The position numbers were made by a program, and so were the translations under genes. Shown piece by piece: positions 52,502-64,000 of a DNA stretch of 64,000 nucleotides. Below the pieces are notes generated by a model. It made no database searches. It had not been told where the DNA came from and was given only the letters and a program-made list of their open reading frames with translations. The stretch is taken from the NCBI RefSeq assembly GCF_026571515.1, contig NW_026852366.1, positions 62,001 through 126,000 on the forward strand, in the 5' to 3' direction. Origin of the DNA: Ruditapes philippinarum. Taxonomy: Eukaryota. Each line of letters begins with the position of its first letter. Positions within the stretch are counted from its first letter, which is position 1.

Positions 52502-54397
52502 TACAAATCGGCTACATTGAATAAATGACGTTTTTAATGTCATTTGCGTACATTTTTCACAAACACATCTGTTTATATTATATAAGGAAATTAATGCGTT
52601 ATCAACAATAAACATCTAAATGTTTAACATACCCTGTAGTTACTTTTCTTTCAAAAACAACATGAAGGAAGCAAATATGTAACTTTTGCACTTTACCGGA
52701 GATTCAAGCTAAAGACAAATAGTTGTGTTTGATGATTCATAAATTTGTACAAATAAACGCATAAACATTGTTTTTTGATTNNNNNNNNNNNNNNNNNNNN
52801 NNNNNNNNNNNNNNNNNNNNNNNNNNNNNNNNNNNNNNNNNNNNNNNNNNNNNNNNNNNNNNNNNNNNNNNNNNNNNNNNNNNNNNNNNNNNNNNNNNNN
52901 NNNNNNNNNNNNNNNNNNNNNNNTAATTTTATCATTATTATTATAATTATTATTATTAAAGTAAACAGCAGGCACCAAGTTAATTAAATCAAATGTTATT
53001 GTAGTGTTTCAGTTGTAACATAGAAAACAAAAAGTATATACTACAAATGAAGGAATGTGGAAAAAGTGTATTGTTTATGTGTTTACATAAAAAAAAGCTA
53101 ACACGCTTTGAATAGGGCATTACTTTGTAAAACCAAACAATTTGTTATTAGTCAACGCACACAATTTTCGGACAGTTCCGAGAGATTTAACACTAAGATT
53201 TGATTTGATTTAATTTATGTGTATGAAATAATTTCACTGCGAGTTATAGCGCAATAGGATAAACTACATGTTTATAATGTCTAAATGTCCTAAATGTGGT
53301 AAAATCGAAACCGCTTTTGTCAATGTATTTTTCCATGCTCAATATAATTAAAACTATGACTGATTTGTGTGTTGTTTGTATACTATAAATATGTTTTTTC
53401 ACTTATTTTGGTAAAATACACTTTTTAAATACCACGGTTTAATAAAAGAAAATAATATTTGAAATCTATTTGGATTAGAAACAAGAAAATTAATGTAGTT
53501 TTAATGTCGTAAAACACAATATAAATTAAGACAGAATAGTGTTTCGATGTTTCTTCAGTGTAAAGGAGTGCTATAATGTATTCAGCATTGACAGGTCAAT
53601 GAAATCAGACTACATGTATGAATGTATGCAATAAAACACCTGAATGAATTTTGTGATTTTAACATTGAAACCCTATACATCAATTAGTAAAACTTACTAA
53701 AGCTTATGTATGATATGGCAAGATTGAAACCTAATATATCCGCCCAAATAATTAAACTTGTCTATTGTTATAATAATAAGACATTGATACTCTAAATTCA
53801 CACATTTGCCTGCGATTGTGTCGCAGTTCTTTTGTTTTTAGTCAATTTACCTTTCTTTTTAAATGTTTTGTTCTTCATTGTATTTGATATATAGGTTAAA
53901 ACGGTAACAGCTTTAAGGTCTATTGACACCTGTAATAATGTTTTTGCCATGCTCAATCCATGAACGTTGAAGCTTAGATGACAATGGTCGTGAACGTCTC
54001 ATACATCAACAATAATAATTATGGATGGTAGACGGGAAGGTCAGTAGGTGGGTAGGTAGGTGTGTAGGTAGGTTGGTGTAAGGTGGGTCGTTTGGTTAGC
54101 CAGTAAGCAGAAATATATTGTTCATGTGGTAATTAGATGTTGAATGTCTATATGACAAGTTTAGGAACAGGTTCAGTCCAATCAAAGAAATTCCAAAGAT
54201 ATTCAAATTAACATATATTATAACAATTGACATGATATTTTATACACATTTCAAGCGTGTTTTACACAGTATGATACTTTCTAGGGTATACGTGTTCCTT
54301 AAAGACTTGTTCTATTGACAACATTCATAATTACGTTTGTACTTTTTAGATTAGTTAATCAATGTGTCTCATTTACTTGTAACAATTATAATTCAAT

Positions 54398-57300
54398 ATG
54401 AAAAATGGTGGCATATGTGTTATTGCAATATTGGCAATAAATGTCAAACGTGAGTTTATCTTCTTTACTTTGTTATTAGAATTTTAATACATGTATGGTT
54501 TTGCAACTCATGTATGAAGTATGATACGTTTAAAACGTGTCTTAAACGGGCTCTGGCTCGCCAATTTGTTTTTAAAATAACTTAAATGCCAAAATTCATA
54601 CCAGTGACGATGGAGGCCGCTAAGTTGAGCATAAAAATACTATTACAAATTTGATTTGCTTGTTTGTTTCGCATTTGATAGTTAATTGGCCGACCGTTAA
54701 TAAATGCGTATAAAAGTAAGTAAATAATGTTTCATATGCTAGTCCTTTTGATAACTGATGTTTTGTTTCATGTCAATGGTTTGTCAATATCTTTGTCATT
54801 ATTTGCTTCTTTTGTATTTTGGCAAATAGTATAGTTATAATAATTAAGTGCTTTATATTCACATATTTATATTACATTACACGCGTGTTCTTCTTGTAAT
54901 AAATCTAGTTTTTAAACGCTATAAATTACATGCTTGCCTATAAAGTTTAATTCACTCATTTCTTAGGTATAGGTTGCATTGAAATTTCTATTATTTTCTT
55001 TCCCAGTATCAAAATCTTGCAGCTGGCCAACTGCCTTTAGAAATACAATATGGCACGACAGTAACCGTGGTGAGGTGACATTTACAGATACGACACTGAG
55101 TGGCTGGGGCGCAACAGCTCAAGGAGGGACAACAATAGATTCATGGGAATGCTACAGTGTAAATGAAACTTCATCTACTACATTAACACTTGTATTGAAG
55201 TAGGTTTTTCCTTATCATAATTTACCTTAATCAGTGTTCTGTTTACACAATTGCGAGGCCCAAACATTCATCTAACCAAAAAGTTAACATTTCACAATTG
55301 TTTAATGAAAATTCATACTCTTATCAGCTTAAATATGCAGCCATTTAATTGCTTAAACATGAAAAACAGAGAAATCAAACTATGAAGCGTTTTTAAAAAA
55401 AGTTGTAAAGCCTAATTTAAGGCGTTTTCAATTATTACATAGCTAAATTGTAACAGCAAAAAATAAGACTATATTTAAAAATGATGACAGTCCAGTGTTG
55501 ATTTTCAAAATAATATAAGACTGCAAAAGCACTGCTAAAGTTGAATTCTTCATAATCCTGTCTAGACAGGTGCCGTTGTTAAAAAACAATACATGTAAAT
55601 AATACTTAAGAGACATGTTAGATTATGTTCTTTGATGCTGAAGTTCCTACATGTATAAACTGAATTGCATTGTTTCAGAGCAAGCACAACATTTGAATTA
55701 TTTAGAATTACCTATGTAGTTTATGCGTGTTTGCAAATGGAAGAGTTTTCTGAGCAGGGTTACATGTACTACCAGATGTCTGGTAAGTAATTGATTGTAA
55801 AAAGTATGTTACTAAAGCAAGTAAGGCTATATGACTACAGTGTGCCAAGTACCAATTGTTTTATGAACAAACACAGTTTAATGCTGCATGCATGCATGCA
55901 TTCATGCATATATGTATGTATGCTATAATAAATAAAATTCAACGATCAAAGTATTAATTTGTTTCAATAAAGCCTCTTTGTGCATTTTTATCTTTTTAAA
56001 AAAAACGATGTTTGCTTTTCTTCATAAAGGAATTTGTAACAATATAAATATTAATATTAAGAATATAACCACTTTTTTATCAGTACACTTTTATAATTAT
56101 GTTGTACTTCTCCTTAAAAAATCGAAACGTATTTAGAATTATTAATTATTTATGATACATTTTCCGTTAATGACATCATGAAGCAAGTATAATATTTTTT
56201 TACAGACGAAGAATCCAGAATGAGTTATGACCGACTCCCTGTGATTGAATCGAGTACATATCTAACTAACCCACCAACAGAAAACCTTCTTTGTTTGTCG
56301 TCAGTTGACACCAATGCTCCATCTGCAGAGGAATATCATGTCATCATAAGAAATGGTACATTTTATAACTTTAAAGGTCAATTTATGCAATTTGAATGGC
56401 ATTATCACTTAACAAACCACAGTGAATTAAAATATTGCTGTCCATGTACATTGTATTATTATTTATTAACACTGTTGGATAGATCTTTTGTCATTTTATT
56501 TTGTTTGCTCACATTTTTTTGAATTTATACAAGAACTTATAGCGAGTGAGCTATAATTTTTTTACTTACGACTGTACGATGTTCAACCTTCGAATGACTA
56601 AAATAAGAAAAATATTAAAATGACAGACCAAAAACAAATCCCAAATACCATTTCGATTTATATAAATAGCTGCTAATAAAGTTGAAGTACGATAAAAATT
56701 CTGCTCATGTTTGTGTTATGTAAAACGCTTTATATATTTGAAAATCAACTTAAACATTTTGCAGATAAAACAGAGGCCGCAAGTCGTGCTTGTCCTAGTG
56801 AATATATAGGATCACACAAATACATTGTTGATGACACGACAACAGAATATTGTGACTCTGGTGATAGTTCTTGGAGCGTTTGCTCCAGCAGCGACACAAT
56901 GATGTTCAATTATACACTTTGTTCAAAAATACTTGCGTACTCGGGTAAACTACAGTCAACTGGCAAAATAATATATTTAATTTAATAAATTTAAAGGGGT
57001 CTCTTCAGATGAGCTGGCTGTCTGGCAACTTTACGTAAGGTCAGTGGTTCTGCTCATATTACAGACTTGTGCCTTAAATAATATACAGATGGGTACTAGA
57101 CTTCTTCATCAACCAAGAAAGCCGAATATTACAATACGTCTTAAATAATATCGGCATTCCTAAAAACCAAATAAGGATAAAATATAGATAGAAACCCCAA
57201 CAAAATCAAGATGTAAAAGTCTTAACTGATTACTTGTATGATATGATATTTTGCTGCTTGATTAGATAACAAGCATGCAAGAATGAAAGAAAATATGAGT

Positions 57301-60300
57301 ATTTAACATTATTAAATGATAATGATGATGATGATAATAATAAAACGTTTTCATCTATAAATAAAAGGTAAAATTTATATCTAAATTTCAAATCCAATTC
57401 AACAATTGAAAAATACTTCGTTTTTCTTAAAACTAATTATAGCATTAAAACTACTTAAATATCTTTCTAGAATTAAAATGACATTAATAATTATGATAAC
57501 ATTAAAATGTTGTCAAATATTTGTATTTCAGATCAAGGTCTTGTGAACTGTGTTTTTGACATGGTAGATGGAAATTACACACTTGTTACGGTCATGACAA
57601 AGGAAATATCAAGTAGCCAACGGTTTACGTGCTTCGTAAGCTAAACATTATATTTCAATTATGTATACATTATTTGTAATTATGAAATCTGTCATTAAAA
57701 AGCTTAGTATGACCAGATATTATTAAAGTAGATATCCCTGACTACTTAAAAACCTTATTTCTTTATCCATGAATTATCGTTTTTTATTCTTTTTCAGTTC
57801 ATTAACTTTATTGATTTGATAAATTTATTGTACCTACTACGTGTTCACTTGTTAAACAAGTTTTCGCAACAAATGATATATGTGTGGTTTTCTTTATTTG
57901 ATTACCACTTTAAGTAACACGTTGACTGTTACGATATACTTTTGTACTAATCTGAGTTTCATATGTTGATCTTGATACAACTAAATTTAGTCTTAAACCA
58001 GACATATACTACGTAAACGAATTTAAATAGACGTCTTTACTTAACAAATCTAATTTATAGATATGCGCGTATAAATTTCAACATATTTGTGCCAATAAAG
58101 ACCCGGGAATGCTATATTTTAATTATAGTTGTACATTAGAGTGATATAATATTCCAGGAATTAGATTTCAATCTAAACAATTATTAAATACACATGGCCA
58201 AAATGTTGATGATTCCTGTAATTAACCTTTTACCAAATGAGCATATTGTAAAAAGTGGCCTTTTTCATTGAAAAGCCTCCTGTTACAAGATCTAACTGCT
58301 ATAAAACTATGATAAATGATTCAATACGGATGAAACTTGGCACATATGTTGCCTGAACCATAACCTCTGTAACAAAATGCTCTACATAAATTTCCTGTTA
58401 CCATGGCAACGGGGGACGTCTCAAATTTGCGAGAAATTACTATTTTGCATTGTTTCTTTTCATCAAAACTGGTTTCTAAGTGCAGCAACTTCTCAATGCA
58501 ATGAGATAGAGTAAAAGGCTTTTCAGCGTTGGTTACACTTCACCTTAAGATCGAGGTCATTTTTAGCCTGTCACATGTCCAAAATTTTATTGGCAGGGAC
58601 TACCGCCCCCCCCCCCTTCAAACACCCCAAACAGAAGGGGGCGCATCCCCCTTTTGGCAACCCTCTGATGTATCATTTTCATGGAGGACCGTGCCGAAAA
58701 AATGGTCACTTTTTAACAAACAATTCTTAAACGAAAAATAGTATTTGGGGCCTAAATAGGGCATTTTTGTATTGTTTGAGGCCTCAAAAAGGGGGGACGA
58801 AAAGCCGTCAATACATATATATATGAGGGAAAAAGTTAAAAGACAATCTTGCAAAATATTAATGACAGCGATAATAACACAGCCTTGGTAAAATATATTT
58901 GATGTAAGTTGCACTTAATGTAGTGGTATATTCGCTAAATCTTGAACAATATACGCTGTTAACAGGGCTTAACAATATGTGGCACTGCAAAATCCTTTTA
59001 ACACAGTTTCTTAATATATCCTGTGTTACATTTCAGTTATAAAATTTAATAAATGAATAATCATGCCATTTATCTGTACAGTATAAATTAAACATTTCAG
59101 CACGATCTTGCCAACATTGGCGAACATGTTAAGTCATTTATACATGCATGTAATATATTACATAAGATTGTTTTTAATTTAAACAAAGGTTTCACATTTG
59201 GCACAAAATGGAACTCTGTACGTCTCACAAAGTCCTGGAAGTTGTGCTAAATCACAGACGCCTTATGATGTACCAACATCTGGACTAAGAATGGTATTGA
59301 ATGACAAAGGTAAATCTTTTTTTTTAAATATAAGATTTCATTTTAGCTCAACCTTCCGAAAAGAAAAAATGGGCCACTCGTTGGTCGGAATTTAATCTTT
59401 TTCGTTTCATTAACTGAAAATTAAGGTAATTTATAACATTCAAACCTGGTTTGTGGAAACACCTTGATGAGATCTGTTACACCAATTTTGTGCTCATTAG
59501 ATTTATGGCCAGTGTCATTGAGACTTTTAATAGGTATTCGGTTAAGGTCATTTTTCTCGAAAACTAGCAAAGCTATTCACTATATTTTTGGTTAACCTGT
59601 TCACAATCATCGTAATTTTTCTAAAACTTTCAATTTGAAAGATTCTTTATTTAAAACTTTGAATGCTTGTTCGCTATAAATGTTGACAAGAACACCCAAA
59701 TTATCCTCAAGGGCATTATTGTCAATTAATCTTGTTTCTTGCTTTATATTTTCTTATCCCTGCCAAACATTTTATCAGAATATGCTCACATTTCTACTTT
59801 GCTTTCACCATACTATCAAATATTGAGAAAAATAGGGTGCATTGCTCTTCGGAGAGCTCTTGCTTTCATAAAAAAATAGATAAGTGGCCAATAGATGAAA
59901 AAAGTAGTAATGCGTGGTTATGTTGATAGTTTTTAATATTTTTTCGTGAAACCAATCCACGGAAATATTACATATGCATGTTATTTGTAAGAATACCATG
60001 CATGATCCGATGATACATATCTGTATATTGCAGGTAATAAATTGTTCTAGAACAAAAACTGTTATTAAAGAAATAAATATTATTATTAATCACACAATAC
60101 TCATATCATTGCCAGTGTAATTTTAACTGGCTATTCAAAGAATTAGGATAGCTTTTATAATAACTTCTACATTGGAGTCAACATTTGCAAGTTTGTATCT
60201 CCCTAATATCGCTTTGACATATTTCATTTCAGTAAAATTCAAAAATTAATAACTGTATGAGTGTCAAATAACAATATTTACATGTTTAAGGGAATACTTT

Positions 60301-62660
60301 GAATTTTTCCGCCCATATTTTCGAGTCTGATCGGAACTCACTGTCTAAGGCCCCAAACTGTAATATTTATTTTGACAGAATTTTGGTCCTTTTTAACCTA
60401 AAAAAATTCTTAATTATCAAGGCGGTTGTTTACTATCAATCACTGAGATTTTTTTATCACGCTGTTTTACCAACAACTCTTGTATGTAATATCATGTTTA
60501 CTTATATCATACACTACGTGCCAAGGTGATTTTGTTAAGTCTTACATAATCGCTGCTCAAATATTGGATAGTACTTGTACATTAATATCCTGATATACGC
60601 ACAATATTTGTCAGTAAAAAAGAATCAATCATGCCACTGATTTCTTTTAATTTCTCTTTTCTTCAGAGCTGTGTGGTATGTAAAGTAATAGTTTTCTCCA
60701 TCTTTATTATTACATAAAAATCATTTGATACATTTATTAATAAGATAAAATAATATTATTTATGTTTTGTATAAAACGCATATCCTTACATTTTGTTTAA
60801 AGTATCTGATAATCTATCATTAATGTAAAGTATAAAGAACAAAGCGAATATCTAATTATATATGTCTTCCAGGAAAAAGTTTTCATCAATCTAGCGTAAT
60901 GTTTCAATTTTGCCCTAATAGATATGGATACTCTTTTGTCATATTTTTTTAATTTGTAAATGCCTTTTCAGAAGAAACTACAACCTCTACAACATCAACA
61001 ACTTCTACAACTACGTCAACCACTACGTCTACAACATCGACTACATCTACAACATCCACTACCTCCACAACAACGTCCACATCTACTACTTCTACTACTC
61101 CAACAACAACCACCACCACTACCACCCCTACAACGACTTCGACTACATCAACAACCACCACTACCACGCCTACAACGACTTCAACAACACCAACAACCAA
61201 CCACTACCACCCCTACAACGACTTCAACAACACCAACAACCACCACTACCACCCCCACAACAACTTCGACTTCAACAACAACATCGTCAACGACAACAAC
61301 GACGACACCTACAACCACCACCACATCTACCACTACTCGAGCTGCTACTACTCAAACTCCATCTACTGATAGTAAATTCACACTTTACCTAGCCATTGCC
61401 ATAGGCTGCGTTGCCGTAATATTGCTACTGATTCTGATCATCATCTTAGTCAAGATGTTTTGCTGCAAAAAGCGTCCTCCTCGACCAAAAACACGTATGA
61501 TATTTTTTCTTCTCTAAAATTTCTTTTTCAGGCTTTTGTTATTTCATTTCTGAGTTGGATTAAAATTTTCATCGACACTGTAAAGTCATGAGCTGCTTTA
61601 CCAGTTTTACCTTGTCAATGGTAAAAGTTCTCTGCGTACAATATCTTTGCCGAACGATCATATGAGTAGAATATTGATATTTAAAAAAAACACTTACATA
61701 AAATCTCTCTACAAAGTATGAACATTCAGAATATTTTTGAAATATATTTACTTTTGAAAATTAAAGAAAATTGGTATTCTTTCTCCTATCTTCAGTATAT
61801 TGTATTTCCTTTAGTTTAATGCAGTTCAGTCAATATACAATAAAACTATAAATCAAATAAAAAACGAAATGTTTTTATAAAATGACTTATGCATCTTTGT
61901 TAACAGCGATTTTAACAGTAGAAGATATGTCACACTGGATGTCAGGATATGGGGGTTAGCTATGGACGTACCGGAGCACCGAAGAAAACAATGATCGTAG
62001 AAAACATGGATCAAGAATGCGAAGGCATGCTTTCTAGGGAACATAGATAAACAACAAAAAAGAAGTTCTGTTCCTAAGGAACAAATCGATGAACAAAAAA
62101 ATGTTAAACTTTTCAAAGCAAGCCTTCCGTAAATGTACCACCCACGCAGGAGGACAGAACGTTTGATTCTATGCAACAAACGAAACGCCAACCCAAGCAA
62201 GATAGACTCCGTCATTAAAAACAGAATCAAAAGCATGTAGCTTGTCCAGCATTACCAAAGTAAGAATTACAATGACAGTTCCAGTTATTCGATGATATGG
62301 ATACCATGGATGAAAATGTGAATTATGCTTTACGATATTCTTCAAGGATGCAGCATGTCAAGAATGAATGGCTGATGAACAAAAAGAATTCTTGTAGTTC
62401 CCCTCTTAATAACAGAGAAAACAATTAATAAATTACCATCGCTCCCTAACGATACATCGAGGAATAACAGCAGAGGTATCCAGTATAACTGATATAACAG
62501 AAAACGCAGATTCTTAGATATCAACAGTAATAACCCAATGTGTTATTCAACCCACTTTTAATAGTTTGGGATACATCAACGAAAAAACCGTAAAGTATGG
62601 CAGACGCCATAATAGTCTCCCCTGTTTCTGAATGTCACTACCCCGGTATCCCCCTTAGAT
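54398..62660 (+). pseudogene. Membrane-protein gene copy C: intact exons 1-8, +1 frameshift in exon 9, degraded exon 10 (pseudogene, secreted variant or sequence errors)
   Basis: Exons 54398-54449 (MKNGGICVIAILAINVK), 55007-55199, 55679-55782, 56206-56355, 56765-56944, 57532-57635, 59189-59309, 60667-60675, 60972-61494 (523 nt, extra A at 61199-61200), and 61907-~62660 (early TAG and many 1-nt indels relative to copy B). Confidence 0.7.
58226..58835 (+). mobile_element. TTAA-flanked non-autonomous DNA transposon (piggyBac-like target site)
   Basis: TTAA at 58222-58225 and 58836-58839; imperfect termini ccttttacc / gggaaaaag; related copy at 17300-17672; not seen in the equivalent intron of copy B. 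Confidence 0.7.
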
Positions 62661-63379
62661 TAGGTACAAACTGAAAAAGTGATAGAATAGGCTAACTATT
62701 ATAATGGAATATATGATAATTCAAAATTCTGTTTTTTAAGGTATAAATACAAAAATGATAAATCGAAGTTTTTGCCATCCAAATAGATTGAAGCAGCCTA
62801 TAGAAATAGATATAATATTCTGCTGATTATTACAATCTTAAAACAGTGACCGTAACAAAACAAAAAACACATTTTCATATCTATATGTACGTATTTCTTT
62901 GAACGCTTTCTTTGTTATGATTATGACGTCACGTTAAATTATATTTTAATTTCGTGAAAACACTTTCCGATATATCATCATAAAAATAATAAAAGTTGTG
63001 TTGGGTTAGCTTTTTATTATAAAAATAACTCAAATTACATGATTACACAGATGTTTTCATAATTTTCCACGAAATTTTCTTTTTTGTATATGAATGAATT
63101 GCAAAATATTAATAAATTATATGGATTGCATTTTATGATCCAATTTAGCATTTGCATTTATAATCCAATATGACGATTACTGTGCAATCACTTACTAATA
63201 GGATGAAGAGTATCAACATGATTCTTTTCATTGTTATTTACGCGAATCACCACATGTTACAAATTTATAATTGCTAGTGTGTACTTTAGTTCCGCCCATT
63301 GTTTTCTCGTTTAGGGCACACGCGTTCTATTACTTGGGGACCATACGCCGCTTTTCATGGAATGGCACTACTGTGTCAC

Positions 63380-63605
63380 ATTCAAGGTTCCATGATAACC
63401 ATCGTATGTACACATCTGCAGATGTTTATAAATTCAAAATTTCATGTTTAAATGTTGAATTCTGCTTAAGCTGGTGCTAGGGGACGTGGACGGTAGTTCG
63501 CACTTGACGGTATCGTCCATGAACAGGCTCAATCAAAACGAACCTGCAACATTTTCAATTTTGCCGTTTTGTGTTTCTTTGGGTATTCTTGTTTTCTCTA
63601 TTTAG
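63380..63605. repeat. Inverted homologue of the GH128 intergenic segment 30820-31050; partial third copy at ~870-945
   Basis: The reverse complement matches gagaaaa..caggattcctaaagaaa, gattgagcctgttcat, ccccttagcac, cagaattcaacatttaa and gcagatgtg..catggaaccttg. Confidence 0.7.
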
Positions 63606-64000
63606 TCATAGTAATTCTTGTTATTATCGATACTATCTTCATCGTTTAATCCTACATTTCCGCGCTTGCAAGTAGCAAGATGTGTTTACTTAACAAGTTT
63701 GTTAAGTGTAAATTAATGTTCACATTTCAGTTTATGCTTTAAATGTCTGTATAGTTGACTAAGAGTTATAATATTTTGGTATATTTTTTATTCTTATTGA
63801 TCTAAAAAATTGACACATCGTCACTAAATGGTATTCGTTTTCAACCAAAGTAATGCTACATTTAGTGCACTGTTAAATCGTGTTTATCAATATTACGATG
63901 TTTGACTTCTTATATCAACAAGTCAGGGACAGAGTGTATTAACCTACATAATGCATTTCAATAAATTACATTGTTAATTAAATACAGTTAAGGCATAAAT

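Noticed and set aside
32885-52987. ORFs containing long X runs
   Set aside because: They are artefacts of translating through N-gaps.
50583-61200. Poly-Val ORFs on the - strand (50583-50882, 60949-61200) and other antisense ORFs overlapping exons
   Set aside because: These are shadow frames of the Thr-rich stalk and of real exons on the opposite strand.

Overview
AT-rich, intron-containing animal DNA with four N-gaps. The repeat content (Meta-/V-type SINEs, a Helentron-associated element, palindromic MITEs) points to a bivalve mollusc; this is inference. The window holds two tandem gene arrays arranged head-to-head about 2.5 kb apart. (1) On the - strand (2213-38994) are three intact 5-exon paralogues of a secreted GH128 (Glyco_hydro_cc / Asl1-like) beta-1,3-glucanase. 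Each is fused through a Thr/Ser/Pro linker to an unrecognised ~110-aa helical, Cys-containing C-terminal domain. A fourth copy probably starts just left of base 1. (2) On the + strand (41480-62660) are three copies of an uncharacterised type I membrane protein gene: signal peptide, 12-Cys ectodomain completed by a 9-nt micro-exon, Thr-rich stalk, TM helix and long Ser-rich tail. Copy A keeps exon 1 but has lost its body. Copy B keeps the whole body but has lost exon 1. The two deletions are complementary and could form one 688-aa gene. Copy C is frameshifted in the stalk and degraded in its last exon, which may be real or read errors. All exon structures were derived by hand from GT-AG sites, phase consistency and paralogue comparison, without transcript or database evidence.
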